A stretch of DNA of 63,055 nt, counting the filler, from Thraustochytrium aureum (lineage: Eukaryota), in the NCBI GenBank assembly GCA_012862495.1. It is 7 parts of 5 records of this genome, joined end to end, with 100 filler letters (N's around TTAATTAATTAA, not from the genome) between each part and the next. Parts side by side here need not be neighbours in the genome. Positions count along the whole stretch, not along the records: positions 1 to 20,593 come from BLSG01000117.1; 6 more parts are not named here. The stretch is one strand, 5' to 3'. Every line of letters begins with the position of its first letter. Positions within the stretch are counted from its first letter, which is position 1. A model generated the notes under the pieces. It searched no databases and was not told the DNA's origin. It was given only the letters and a program-made list of their open reading frames with translations. Positions 1 through 11,212 of this stretch are shown here, in pieces. A program made the position numbers and the translations under genes.

Positions 1-2231
1 GAGCTCCGACGAATGCTTGAGGACCTCCTGGACGAGGCGATTCACGTTGGCAAGTGTCTGGCCTTGCTGCTGCGGCGGGGCTGCATTTGAAGGCGACGGG
101 TTGAGGAAAGCATGGGTGAGGAGGCTGGGCGCGCCAGGCGCGCCAGGAACGATAGGGAGGCGCTGCGCGGGGTCGAACCGCAGGCAGCGCTTGACGACGT
201 CAATGAGCGCGGGGTTGGGCTCGTCGAGGTCGGGGTAGGCGATCTCGTAGTTGGGATCCGAGATGCAGTGGATCTTTTGGATGAGCTTGAGGTCGTGGAA
301 GGGGGTCTGGCCGTAGATCATCTGGTATAATATACAGCCCATGGACCAGATGTCGCTGGCACGGCCCTGCTTGAGCCTCATGCCGGGCGCTCCAATGCGC
401 GGACGAGCGCCCGCAGCGCTGTTGGTGTCGATGATTGCCTCCGGCGACATGTAGTTGAGCGTGCCAACCTGCGTGTCGCGCATAATGTTGGTCGTGTCGT
501 TCGAGATGGCCTTGGCGATCCCAAAGTCGATGAGCTTGAGCTTGCCCTTGACAAACATAAAGTTGGCCGGCTTGAGGTCGCCGTGCACGATGCGCTCCTC
601 GTGGATGGCATGCACAGCTTCAAGCATGTTCATCCAAGTGAGGCGCACAAAGTTGACCGAGAGGTTGCCCACCATGCTACTGGCCGAGCGCTGCGTGGCG
701 GCGGCAGGTCCAGCCTGGCGAGCCGTTCTGCGCTGCTGCTGCAGCATGGTGTTGAGGTCGATCTCGCCGAGCTCCATGACCATGTAGATGACGCGGGCCT
801 CGAGGTTGACCTCGGCGTCCACGAGGCTGATGATGTTGGGATTGCCGCGCAGCCGCTCCAGCAGCGTGATTTCGTTCACAAACGTCGACACGGACGCCGC
901 GTCGGTGCGCTGCAGCTTGATGCGCTTGAGCGCGTACGTCTGCGGCTCGACCTCGCCCACGGCCAGCACCTTGAAAACCTTGCTGCTCCCGCCCCGACCA
1001 ATCACGGCCAGCCTCAGGTAGGGCCGTCCGTTGACCACAAACACATTTTTCGGCGACAAAAGGGACTCGTGGAAGGCCCGCANNNNNNNNNNNNNNNNNN
1101 NNNNNNNNNNNNNNNNNNNNNNNNNNNNNNNNNNNNNNNNNNNNNNNNNNNNNNNNNNNNNNNNNNNNNNNNNNNNNNNNNNNNNNNNNNNNNNNNNNNN
1201 NNNNNNNNNNNNNNNNNNNNNNNNNNNNNNNNNNNNNNNNNNNNNNNNNNNNNNNNNNNNNNNNNNNNNNNNNNNNNNNNNNNNNNNNNNNNNNNNNNNN
1301 NNNNNNNNNNNNNNNNNNNNNNNNNNNNNNNNNNNNNNNNNNNNNNNNNNNNNNNNNNNNNNNNNNNNNNNNNNNNNNNNNNNNNNNNNNNNNNNNNNNN
1401 NNNNNNNNNNNNNNNNNNNNNNNNNNNNNNNNNNNNNNNNNNNNNNNNNNNNNNNNNNNNNNNNNNNNNNNNNNNNNNNNNNNNNNNNNNNNNNNNNNNN
1501 NNNNNNNNNNNNNNNNNNNNNNNNNNNNNNNNNNNNNNNNNNNNNNNNNNNNNNNNNNNNNNNNNNNNNNNNNNNNNNNNNNNNNNNNNNNNNNNNNNNN
1601 NNNNNNNNNNNNNNNNNNNNNNNNNNNNCGCCGTTGGGAAGGCCATCGTCTCGTCCGCGTCGACCTGGGCCTGGTACTTTGCGACCCAAGATGCCAACGC
1701 CTCGTCCCGGGCTTTGACGGGGATGACCTTGTTTTGAACGGCCCTCGCTACGGCGCTGCGCGCGTTTTCGAGCGAGCCGCAGCGGATCTCGAAGGCGGCC
1801 CAGCTTTCGTAGAGCTCCTTGTAGTACTTTGCGATACCGAGCTCGAGCATTCGCTCGAAGACCTGGCGGACACAAGCCCCCGTTGACTTTTTCTCAAGGA
1901 AGCTGGCAAGTGCGGTCCACAGCCGGAGTTTTGCGTAAGACGTGTTCTCCATTTCGGCGGTGTCTCGCTCCAGCTTGGCCATTTGTGTCTTGGTGGCCAG
2001 GTCAGGGGAGAGGTGGACGAGCCTGCGCGCGTCGAATTCGAAGAGGGCCTCCTGGTCCCCCACGGCGCTCCCTTTTGCGAGCGCCCGTTTCGCGAGCTCT
2101 GTTCTGCCATCGTCTTCCGCGCCTTGCTCGAACCTCTTTGCGTCAAACACCTTGCCTCCGGCGCTTCCCGCGCGAGCCCTCCGCGCATCCGGCACCACAT
2201 TCTCCTTATCGACCGCCTCAGCCCCGACCAT
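1..2231 (-). CDS. MPS1: Mps1/TTK spindle-checkpoint kinase with N-terminal TPR-like region (internal gap 1083-1628; 3' end runs off the window)
   Basis: Manual translation of 1-1080(-): VNGRPYLRLAVIGRGGSSKVFKV, YALKRI, FVNEITLL, IVHGDLKPANFMFVKGKLKLIDFGIAKAISNDTTNIMRDTQVGTLNYMSPEA, SDIWSMGCILYQMIYGQTPF, which are Mps1-type motifs. N-terminal part 1629-2231 has DKEN and a Mad3/Bub1-like TPR (VFERMLELGIAKYYKELYESWAAFE). Joining the two parts across the gap is inferred. Confidence 0.9.
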
Positions 2232-2945
2232 CTTCTGCCCCAGCAGCCAGCCAGCCCGCTAGGCCGCTCGAGGAGGCGACGAGACTTGCTCGCGAGGACG
2301 CAGGCGGGCGTCAGCGTCTGCACAGCCGGACCGGACCGAGAGAGCCCCAAAAACCGGCCAGCGCCACGCAGGCTCACAAGCGTTGCTTGCCACCGATGCC
2401 GCCGCGTGCGCCGTGTTGCCGCGTTCGCGTTGCAGCGCCCCCACGCAAAGGGTGTCTGCCGCTCGATGCTGCTCGGCTTCTGCTCAATCAAACGCGCTTT
2501 TCGAGCCAAAAGCGGAGCGAATCAACTCGAAATACGCGCAACCGCCGCCGCGGAACGCAATGTCGACGAAAGATGGAAAAACTGCCGCGGCGCTGATGAT
2601 GTTCGCTTTGTTCTGTGGCGGCGAGTGCGCGCGTTCCTTTGTTTGTCTGTTTGTTCGTTGCCTTGGGCCGACCTGGCGGAGATGGAGCAAGCCGCCGCAT
2701 TCGTGGCAGCGAGGCGCCCCTGTGGGCGCTGCCTGACCTACTCGTAGGCTGGGCAGCGCTGTTTCTTTCCCTTATCTTTTCGCTTTCCTTTTTTGGGGGC
2801 GCTTGTTTCTCGACAAGTGCACCACCGCAAGTCGAGTACATGTTGAGGATGCCCGCCGTGCCGTCGTCTCTGCTCGGCGCGCGACGAGTAGTCTCACCCC
2901 TCTTCGACGGCATGGCTGTTGCGGTTGCCCGGCAAGCCGAGCTCA

Positions 2946-4954
2946 TCAGCGCACTTGCGCACAGTTGGTTTCGCGTGGTGGGGATCTTACGACAGCGACC
3001 AACCCGTCCAGAGGCATTTCAGACGTGAACGAGTGCCGTGGGTCACAACCCGTGCACAGGACGCTCTGGTAAGCAGTGTGGCCCGCTGTCATCTTGGCGA
3101 TGTGGCAAGACGTCCCAGGGCCGTCCACTGGCATGATCTCGATCATGCGCTGGCCAATCGCACCGTTCAGCCAACGAGCAGCGTTGTGCATGGCCCCTCC
3201 GTGCATGCCAATCACGATCTCGGCGACGTTAATGAGGTAAACCTGGTCGACGTACTCGAGGCTGGCGCCAGGGTTGAGAAAGACGACCGGCTTGCCCGTG
3301 GCCTCTGCTAGCTCCCTTGCCAGCCGTTCACCGTTGACAACTACTCGGCCCGAAGACACCTGCGGGCAGCCGTCGCCGATACACGACTTGCGCGAGAGCC
3401 AGACGAGCACGTTCGAGGCCGTGCGGCTAACCCTGCAAGCGTCGCTGTTGAAGACCAGCACGTTCGCGAGGCGGGACAGGCTGGCAACGAACGAGCAAGC
3501 GTCCGCAAATCGACCAGAGAGGTCTTGCGCCCAGCGCTTCTCCATATATGCAAACTGCACAAGATTCGCCCCGACGAGAACCTCCGACTTGGCTTGGCAG
3601 TCGACCAAATTGTTGGACTTGAACATGCGCCAGTGCGGGCCGTTAACAAACCCTTTGGGCGCCATTGCCACAAGCTTGAGCCTTCTCGAATACGCCAGAG
3701 GATCAGAACGCTGCAGCGGAAAGTTGTCCAGAGGCTTGGCTGTCACGACCGACCTTGCGAATGCGCGCCAGTCCTCCAAAAAGTACGGCCTTTGCCGCTC
3801 AGCCAGCGAAGCGGCGCCCTTGTACCGACCGCCGCCAAACCCGTCGACGAGAACGACGCGTGTCGTCTCGCGTGTGTGATGGAGGAGGTGCTGCATGATG
3901 AAGAGGAGGTGTTGGTCGGCCTGGCAATGGCCGGGGTTGCCTGTGCTGCAATCGCCCATGCTGGCCACTGTCAAGCCTAGCACGTTGGGCATCGCTGTTG
4001 GCAGGCCGAGGCGCTTTGAGATGACGGCCTCCAGGTCGCCGTCAATAATCGGGCTGTCGATGATGGAAACAAGTCCAAGGTTTCCGGGTTCGAGCGCGGC
4101 GACGGACTTGAGGACTTGTGCGCTCGCCAGGGGCGCTGAGGGAGGCAGTTCGCGGAGCACCGAGTGGCGAGTTGCCCATTTTGCGGTCGGCGAGCACGCA
4201 ACAATCCAGCGCAGCACGCCATCGGCGCCTTTCACCTCCACAGCGTTCTCAAGCAAGCACATGAAAGCCGTCAGTTTGCCAGCAGCCCCTCGGCAGACAA
4301 TCCTGCTCTCTGCTCCGTCGCAGAGCACTATCTCAGCTGCGGTTCCTCGCTTGTAATAGTCCCAACCGAACAGGTCCTTGGCACATGCCTCGAATGCCAC
4401 CGTTTCGGGCGACCAGCGCTCCCTGAAAATGCTGCCGCTAGCAGCACCAGGCGAACCAAAAGCGGGCAGGGGGGCGTCGCGGCCAGCGGTGCGCTTTTGC
4501 CCGCACCTCCCGTCGCGCCCTCCGCTTTCCCCTGCGTGCCGGTTGAACTTGTTGCGAGCAGCGACCTCGCGCTCACGAGCTCTCTCTCGAGGCTCTCAGC
4601 GCGCTGTGCCCAACGAAGCGCCTCTGCTTTCGCGGCATTCAGCTCGTCCAGCTCGTCTGCAGCACGGGCCCTGAGCCCGTTCGGTCCGTCTCTGCCGCCA
4701 AGCCCAGAGCTGCGAAAGCCCTGCTCGGTCGTGGGGCCAGCCTGGGCCTCGGCTTGGCTCGTGGTCGCTTTGGCCAGAGCAGGTCCTGGCGCATTTCCGC
4801 CGAGCGTTCTCTCCCCCACATGGACCACGTTGAAGAACGAGACAACCGCGAGGCACCCCAGCGCGAGGAGGGTTGCTGCATACCGCGGCGGCAGCCTTGT
4901 CACAAACCTATCGCGGCGCTGAGCGCTGTTTCTTGGCGCACCGCGCTGCCACAT
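2946..4954 (-). CDS. Type II membrane glycosyltransferase family 61-like protein (one frameshift near 4470)
   Basis: N-terminal TM (YAATLLALGCLAVVSFFNVV) and coiled-coil stem in ORF 4328-4975. C-terminal QVYLINVAEIVIGMHGGAMHN...MIEIMP resembles the GT61 HGA(G)L.N motif. The frames join by adding one base at the G6 run 4469-4474. Confidence 0.65.
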
Positions 4955-4990
4955 GTCTCCAGAGCCAAGCGCCACTGGCCTCCACTTAGA

Positions 4991-5056
4991 AGGCAGCCAG
5001 CCAGGCCAGCAGCCAGCCAGGCAGCCAGGCTAGCAGGCAGCCAGGCAGCCAGGCTG
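4991..5056. repeat. Degenerate (GCCA/GGCA)n microsatellite-like tract
   Basis: aggcagccagccaggccagcagccagccaggcagccagg..., directly upstream of the GT61-like start. Confidence 0.7.
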
Positions 5057-5420
5057 ACAAGCTCGCTGCCTTCGTTGGTTGCGCGCTCGTCAATCTTTCT
5101 GGTGCTCGAGCACGGTCGTCGGTCGGNNNNNNNNNNNNNNNNNNNNNNNNNNNNNNNNNNNNNNNNNNNNNNNNNNNNNNNNNNNNNNNNNNNNNNNNNN
5201 NNNNNNNNNNNNNNNNNNNNNNNNNNNNNNNNNNNNNNNNNNNNNNNNNNNNNNNNNNNNNNNNNNNNNNNNNNNNNNNNNNNNNNNNNNNNNNNAGCTC
5301 GCGGCGTCCATCAATGGTCTCTCGCGGCTGCTGGTGCCTCGCAGGCGCGAACCGACCTGCTGGAGGGAGGGAGCCGCGAGCGCGTTGTGCCATCGTGACA
5401 GCTCTGAATGATGATGGTGA

Positions 5421-5456
<36 letters not shown>
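5421..5456. repeat. (GAT)12 microsatellite
   Basis: Perfect trinucleotide run visible in the sequence. Confidence 0.95.
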
Positions 5457-5460
<4 letters not shown>

Positions 5461-5967
5461 GAGGGCGAGACCGCGAGGCCGGCAGAACAGCCACGGCGCT
5501 GCTGGCGGCCTGCAGAACGAACAGATGCAGAATGGATGATCGATCGATCAGCCTCGCGAGGTGGGCCATCCGAGTCGAGCGGCGCTCATCAGTCATCGCA
5601 GGACCGGGGTTGATGGACGCAGGGGCGCCTGCGCTTTGTGCTGAAAGCGGCGCGGTTGTGCTGAGGGTACTTGGAAGCGCAGTTTTTCAGTGGAGAGTGG
5701 GACGCATGAACGCTGCAGGTTTTCCGAACGGAATCTGCAAGCCCCGACGTTGCCCCGATGCATTCCGCGCGCGGACTTGCCCAGTGCAAAGCAAACACCA
5801 TTCTGCTTGATCCCTGGCAGCGCGACGAGCGTGCAAGCCTGGCAGCGTTGGCAAGCCGGAGCAACCGCGAAAGCCGAAAACCGTTCATTCATCAACGGTA
5901 GACGGGACTGTGCACGCTGGGCCAAGCCGGTGGCAGACCGCCGGCGGGCAGTGGCCAGGCAGCAGCG

Positions 5968-6240
5968 ATGGACGCGCAGCACGAGCTCGAGCGCGTCAAC
6001 GCGGAGCTCCAAGCGGCGCGCCGCAAGCTTCATCGCGCCGAGAAGATGCTCGTGGACCGCGAGTCGCCAAACCCGCTGCACATCCTGTTTCCGCGGCGCC
6101 TGAGCAAGTTCGAGCAGGCAAAGGCAGAGCAGGAGGCCAAGATCGAGCAACTCCTGGCGGTTCGCGACCGCCTCGTTCGGGGCGAGCCCGAGGCCGCAGC
6201 CCTGACGCGCAAGCTGAGTTTTCAGGTTTCGGTTTTCTGA
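5968..6240 (+). CDS. Small coiled-coil hypothetical protein (90 aa)
   Basis: ATG start, GC3-rich codons, heptad-like sequence MDAQHELERVNAELQAARRKL...; no family recognised. Confidence 0.5.
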   Translation: MDAQHELERVNAELQAARRKLHRAEKMLVDRESPNPLHILFPRRLSKFEQAKAEQEAKIEQLLAVRDRLVRGEPEAAALTRKLSFQVSVF

Positions 6241-6412
6241 TTGCAAACCGCTGCGCCGGGGGGCCGCGGCGGGCTGGTTCGGCGCGCCCAAGGCATCATG
6301 ACTCTCTCGAGCGTGCTGGCTCTCGCTCCACGAGAGAGCTAGCTCTAGAGCTCTCCACGAGCTACTAGCTAGCAGAGTATACTGTACATTGCATTTTCCC
6401 TTTGTGAGTTCG

Positions 6413-9043
6413 CTACGCCACATAGAGCAGGACTGACTCGTCGTCCGCGTCGAGTTCGAGGTAGTCGCGCTCCACCAGGTCGTCTACCCGCTTGCGGATC
6501 GTCTTGGGCTGCGCCTGAAACACGGGTGCAAGCATCTCGATCACCTTCTGCGCGAGGTCGGTGTAGCTGAGGCGGTGGTGCGCTTTCATGATTCGAACAG
6601 CGGCAGCCTCGACCGCGTACCGGCGCTCCTCCGATATCTTGAGCAAGTTGGACGCCCGGTCCTCCTTGGCCTGTGCTGACTTTGTTGCGGCCAGCATTGG
6701 GATCCGGATGCGGCGGGACTTGCTGGAGAAGCCCCAGTTTATGCCATAAGTCACAGCAGCTCCAGGAGCGGCACCGTCGTCTGGGCCCGCAACGGCGTCT
6801 GCTACGCCGCCATCGAGAATCGCATACTTGCCTTTCACCAGAGGGAACAGGTGCTTCTCCAAGGTTTCAACATCTGCCCCGAGTCGCGATGCGATCTCCG
6901 ACGCTGTGAGCCGCGTCGCGGAGGGCGCTGCGCCCGGGACGAACGGCTCGTTGAACAACAGGAGCAGGGCGCCCTGAAACGTGTTGAGGCTCACGTCCAC
7001 CTTTTTGCCGTCCCCGAACCGCATGGTGAGCACTATCGTGCCCAGGGCGTGGATCCACGCGAGCGTGCGATGCGCTGTTCTGGCGTGATAAAACTTGGCA
7101 AACGTGTCGAGCACGCCGCAGAGAGGGGCCGGGAGCTGGGCGAGCCGCTCCTCCTTGTACGAAGGCCAGAACCCCGAGGTGAGAACCTTGATGTTGACGT
7201 CAAACCCGAGCGGCTGCATTGGGTCTGCTTCGCCCGCAAGAACGAGGGCAGCGCAGGCTGCGCTGTCCGGGCCGGAATCGTTTCCGAGTGACTCTGCAGC
7301 CGCGGTGGGCCCGTCCGCGGCAGCCGAACTCTGCGCGTCTCGAACGAACTTCACAAAGTCGTTGTGCAAGCCGCGCGCAAGGAGGAGGTCCTTGATCATC
7401 CCCGAGAACTTTGCGACGAACGGGTTGCCACAAACTTGTTGCAGTTTGTCGATCACGACCCTCTCTGCGTCCACGCTAGCGGAGCGGCCCAGGATGAGTC
7501 GCTTGGCCAAGTGCTTTTTGTAGAACTGCGCGAAGACGTCCTTGTCGTTGACAAAGCTGAAGAGCTCCACGGTGGCCGCCAGCTGACGCTCGAGCTCGGT
7601 CTCGCGACGCGGCGTCAGCATTGCGTCAAGGCCCGGAATGAGGTCGTCGGGATGCGGTGTGGCCGGGACCATCTCTGTAGGCGGTTTGCGCAGCTTGCGA
7701 TCAATATAGTCCGACAAGAGCTCGGAGATCGTGATCTCCTCGGACCTACGCGGGCGGCGGCGGCGCTGGCGCTGGGCCAAGAGCTGCTCCGCGGAGGCCC
7801 CATTGGTGGCCGACTCCTCGGCGGGATCGTCGGCGCCCGCCTCGTCTGGGGGGAGGGGAAGGTTGACAAAGTACTCGAACGCCTCTTTGAGCGCTCGGTG
7901 GAACGTGTTGTGCTGCGCGAAGCGAGACTTCACCAGGGCCCGGTTCTTCATGTGAAACCGGACCAGGCGCGTGACCAGGGTCTCGTCAAGCTTGTTTTCC
8001 CATTGGTTTTCGTATTGGGGGTTGGCCAAGAGGCCAGCACCGACCTCTTGGAGAAACTTGCGGAACACCAATGCCATGGGCGCGAGGCCGTTGGGGACGC
8101 GGCGCAGGAGCACGAATAAGAGCTCGAGGTCTTCTTCCTTGTCGTTTTGCAGGAGCCAGCGGCAGCCAGAGTCTGGCATGGCGAGCAGCGCGTCAAGGTT
8201 GGTGCTGATGAGCTGCTTTTCACACTCTCTGATGAGCCCTTCGCGGCTGTCCTCGTGCAGGTAGTTGTCAACTCGCTCGTTCTCTGCCGCCAGGTGCGCC
8301 TTGACCCTGCGAAGGTAGTGCGGGCAGGTGCACTGGCCGAGGAGTTCCTTGGCTCGCGCTGCCATGTGCGCACTCGTGGCCTCCAGCAGGGGCTCGTGGA
8401 GCTCTGCTTCGTACACTTCTGTCGAACCCTGGCCGACGGCGACGTAAATGCCGCACACGTCGCGCAGCTGCGCCCGCTCCGCCGGGCTAAGGGGCGCGAG
8501 GCGGTCGCGCTCCACGGCGGAGAGGAATGCCCGCGTTACGCTAGACTTGTTCGGCTCGAACACAAACTCGCGGAAGGCCTTGATGCCCATCCCCTCGAGA
8601 GTGAGGAGCGCGAGCCGCTTGACGAAAAACCGGTCAAGGTAGCCGAGCATTCCGCGCAGGGCTTTGAGCAGCAGGAGGTGTTTGTTCCACTCCTCGATGA
8701 AAGTGGCGAGCACGTTCTTCCCGGCTCGAGCAACTTTGGGCTCGACGATCTGCTCGCAAATGTCTTGCAGCTCGTCTAGCACGGCATAGTAGAGCTTTCC
8801 GGACCAGTTGTGCGGTGTTGGCTGCGTGCACATGTTGTACACGGTCGTGTACAGCTTGGCCAACTCGTCGGGCTCGAGCGCCGCGTTCCTCCGCGTCGCG
8901 CGCTTGCCAGATTCCCTCAGCGGAGCGGCGCTTTCGAGCCTTTCCAGCACGCGGTCCACCCCTTGCTCTTTGATCAGAGCCCAGCCCTGCTCGAACGCGA
9001 TTGGCGGCTGCGCAGCGTCGCATTCTGGGCCGGCTGCCTCCAT
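6413..9043 (-). CDS. CUL1: Cullin (CUL1-like) E3 ligase scaffold
   Basis: FEQGW, YTTVYNMCTQ, YLDRFFV, DKDVFAQFYKKHLAKRL, VLTSGFWP, WIHALG and neddylation motif EAAAVRIMK; 876 aa uninterrupted ORF. The subfamily assignment is less certain than the cullin call. Confidence 0.92.
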   Translation of the reverse strand: MEAAGPECDAAQPPIAFEQGWALIKEQGVDRVLERLESAAPLRESGKRATRRNAALEPDELAKLYTTVYNMCTQPTPHNWSGKLYYAVLDELQDICEQIVEPKVARAGKNVLATFIEEWNKHLLLLKALRGMLGYLDRFFVKRLALLTLEGMGIKAFREFVFEPNKSSVTRAFLSAVERDRLAPLSPAERAQLRDVCGIYVAVGQGSTEVYEAELHEPLLEATSAHMAARAKELLGQCTCPHYLRRVKAHLAAENERVDNYLHEDSREGLIRECEKQLISTNLDALLAMPDSGCRWLLQNDKEEDLELLFVLLRRVPNGLAPMALVFRKFLQEVGAGLLANPQYENQWENKLDETLVTRLVRFHMKNRALVKSRFAQHNTFHRALKEAFEYFVNLPLPPDEAGADDPAEESATNGASAEQLLAQRQRRRRPRRSEEITISELLSDYIDRKLRKPPTEMVPATPHPDDLIPGLDAMLTPRRETELERQLAATVELFSFVNDKDVFAQFYKKHLAKRLILGRSASVDAERVVIDKLQQVCGNPFVAKFSGMIKDLLLARGLHNDFVKFVRDAQSSAAADGPTAAAESLGNDSGPDSAACAALVLAGEADPMQPLGFDVNIKVLTSGFWPSYKEERLAQLPAPLCGVLDTFAKFYHARTAHRTLAWIHALGTIVLTMRFGDGKKVDVSLNTFQGALLLLFNEPFVPGAAPSATRLTASEIASRLGADVETLEKHLFPLVKGKYAILDGGVADAVAGPDDGAAPGAAVTYGINWGFSSKSRRIRIPMLAATKSAQAKEDRASNLLKISEERRYAVEAAAVRIMKAHHRLSYTDLAQKVIEMLAPVFQAQPKTIRKRVDDLVERDYLELDADDESVLLYVA

Positions 9044-10567
9044 TCTCGTCCCGGACCTCCAGAGACCGCCCGCAAGCCGAAGATTTTCACGCGCGCGTGC
9101 GCAACCCGGCTAACGACCCGACTAACGCCCTTCCACGCCTGGGAGCGAGCGCCACAGTCAGTCGCCTTGAGCGAGCGAGCGACGTTTGACGCACGCGGAT
9201 CNNNNNNNNNNNNNNNNNNNNNNNNNNNNNNNNNNNNNNNNNNNNNNNNNNNNNNNNNNNNNNNNNNNNNNNNNNNNNNNNNNNNNNNNNNNNNNNNNNN
9301 NNNNNNNNNNNNNNNNNNNNNNNNNNNNNNNNNNNNNNNNNNNNNNNNNNNNNNNNNNNNNNNNNNNNNCTCCAGACCGCTCAACCGTCGCCTGGGCAAC
9401 TCCGCAAGAGCAGCGTGCTCCACAAAGTAGCGCTGGCCGCAGCGGAACCGACCGCCGCTCCTGCCGCGCCCGCCGCGTTCGTCTTCGTGACCTGCACGCA
9501 GCGCGGGACGCAGCAAGCAAGCGAGCTGCTCGCTTTGCCCGTCAGGACGCATTCTGCGACTAACACGAGAAACTCGCCAATTGAATAAGCACATTTACAG
9601 TGCGTAGCTGACGCCTATTTGACCGGTAGTGTCGCGGAGGCGTGAGCGCCGGGGGGCAACAGTTCAACCGTTACGCGGCTGCCTTGTGCGGCCACGGCAG
9701 CGCGAACCGAATCGCTGGTCGGGCCGCCCACGGCCACCTTGCCACAACCACTGAGGACGGATGGATCCTCGTTGCCGCGGTTGCTGTGCCCGTCCGTGCC
9801 CATGGCGGCGTGCAAAAGTGGGGGAAATTTCGCGACCGCGCCGCTCCCCACGCCGCGCGTCCAAGCCACTGTCGCAGGGAGCAATGCGTTCAGAAGCCAG
9901 CACGGCGGCAGACGAGGCGCGCGCAGCCTGCAGATGGTGCTGGCTGTGCCATGCTCGTTGTCCGGGCTGTGCGAGCTCGCTTCTACGGCGAGGCTGAACG
10001 AGATTATCGCCAACGATCATGCAAGAACGGCAGAACGCCAAAGGGCGGGCTCCAGGAGGCCCTGTCCGGATGGCTGGAGTGGCGCGAGCCCCCGCCTCGC
10101 CCTCCCCGACCAAGGCGGCGAGCGTGGGCGATGCAGCCGACGACCGTGATCTTCTTAGTAAAAACCGGCGGCTCCTCGCCAACCAGACCTTCTTTCGCTC
10201 CACGTCCCACCGAGACGATGCCATCCACATTCTTGCCGCCTGCGCTGGACGCCCACGTGGAGCAGCTCTCCGATCCCTCCGCGCAGGAGCGCAAGCGGCC
10301 CCATTGGCCGCGCAAGCCCCGCCACCTCAAAGGAAGAAAGGAGCCTCCAACTCGAACGAACTCGCCAACTCACGTGAACAGTACTCGAGTACCCGAGAGC
10401 TTGGAGCAGGGCGCGGTAAGTAGCGGCTGAGAGCTCGAGCCCGCGGCGAGCAGGGCTGTGGCGCAGCGAGGCGTTTGCGTGCGAGTGCACAGGCGCCTCG
10501 GCTAGATTGAGAGATACCTCCAGTTGAGCAGCTCTAGGTCGAGCTAGACGAGCTCGCGGTCGAGGCG

Positions 10568-11063
10568 ATGCTCCGCGAAGTCCTCTCGGCGGGCCAGGTG
10601 GCGAGCAAGCTGCAGTCGCTGCGCGGGACGACGTCGCCCGTGCTGCTGCTGTTCTTCGCGACAAAGTGAGTGCTGGCGCCGCGCTGCGCGCGCGCGGGCG
10701 GGGCTGCAGGGTGGCGGTCTTGCAAGTGGCTAACGAGCGAGGTAAACGCGCAGGAAAGCGGACGGCACGCGGTGGTGCCCCGACTGCGAGGAGGCGGAAG
10801 GTCTTATCGAGGAGGCCGCCGCGCTCGCGCCCGCCGGGCTGCAGCTCTACACTGTGGAACTGACGCGGGAGGAGTGGAAGGTCGACCCCGGGCAAGCCCA
10901 CTACCTTCGCAAGGGCCCGTTTGAGGTGGCCGGGATCCCAACGTTGCTTCACTGGGACTGCGAGAAGGGCGCGCCCTTGCGGCGGTTCGACGAGAGCGAC
11001 CTTTCGCAGCTCGAGTCGCTGACCTCGTTCTTCGCGGCCTTCAACGAGACCGCGTACAACTAG
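10568..11063 (+). CDS. TXNDC17: Thioredoxin-domain protein TXNDC17/TRP14-like (exons 10568-10665, 10754-11063)
   Basis: 88-nt intron GTGAGT...GCTAAC...CAG (10666-10753). The spliced product reads LLFFATKKADGTRWCPDCEEAE...VAGIPTLLHW; WCPDC is the family active site. Confidence 0.85.
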
Positions 11064-11212
11064 GTAGCTAGATTCTCGCAGCGCGCCGAGTCTGGCCGCG
11101 GCTCTCGCGCGCAGCGTCGCTCGACACGTCACGGGCAAGAAACAAATATAATTCTGCTGTCGTTGCACTTGATCGGCAGCTTTTTAAAAATTACAAAACA
11201 AGGTAGTGTAAA

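Noticed and set aside
9600..10520. Minus-strand gene with a possible GTGAGT intron near 10373
   Set aside because: No start codon or recognisable domain, and the candidate acceptor (GAG) is atypical
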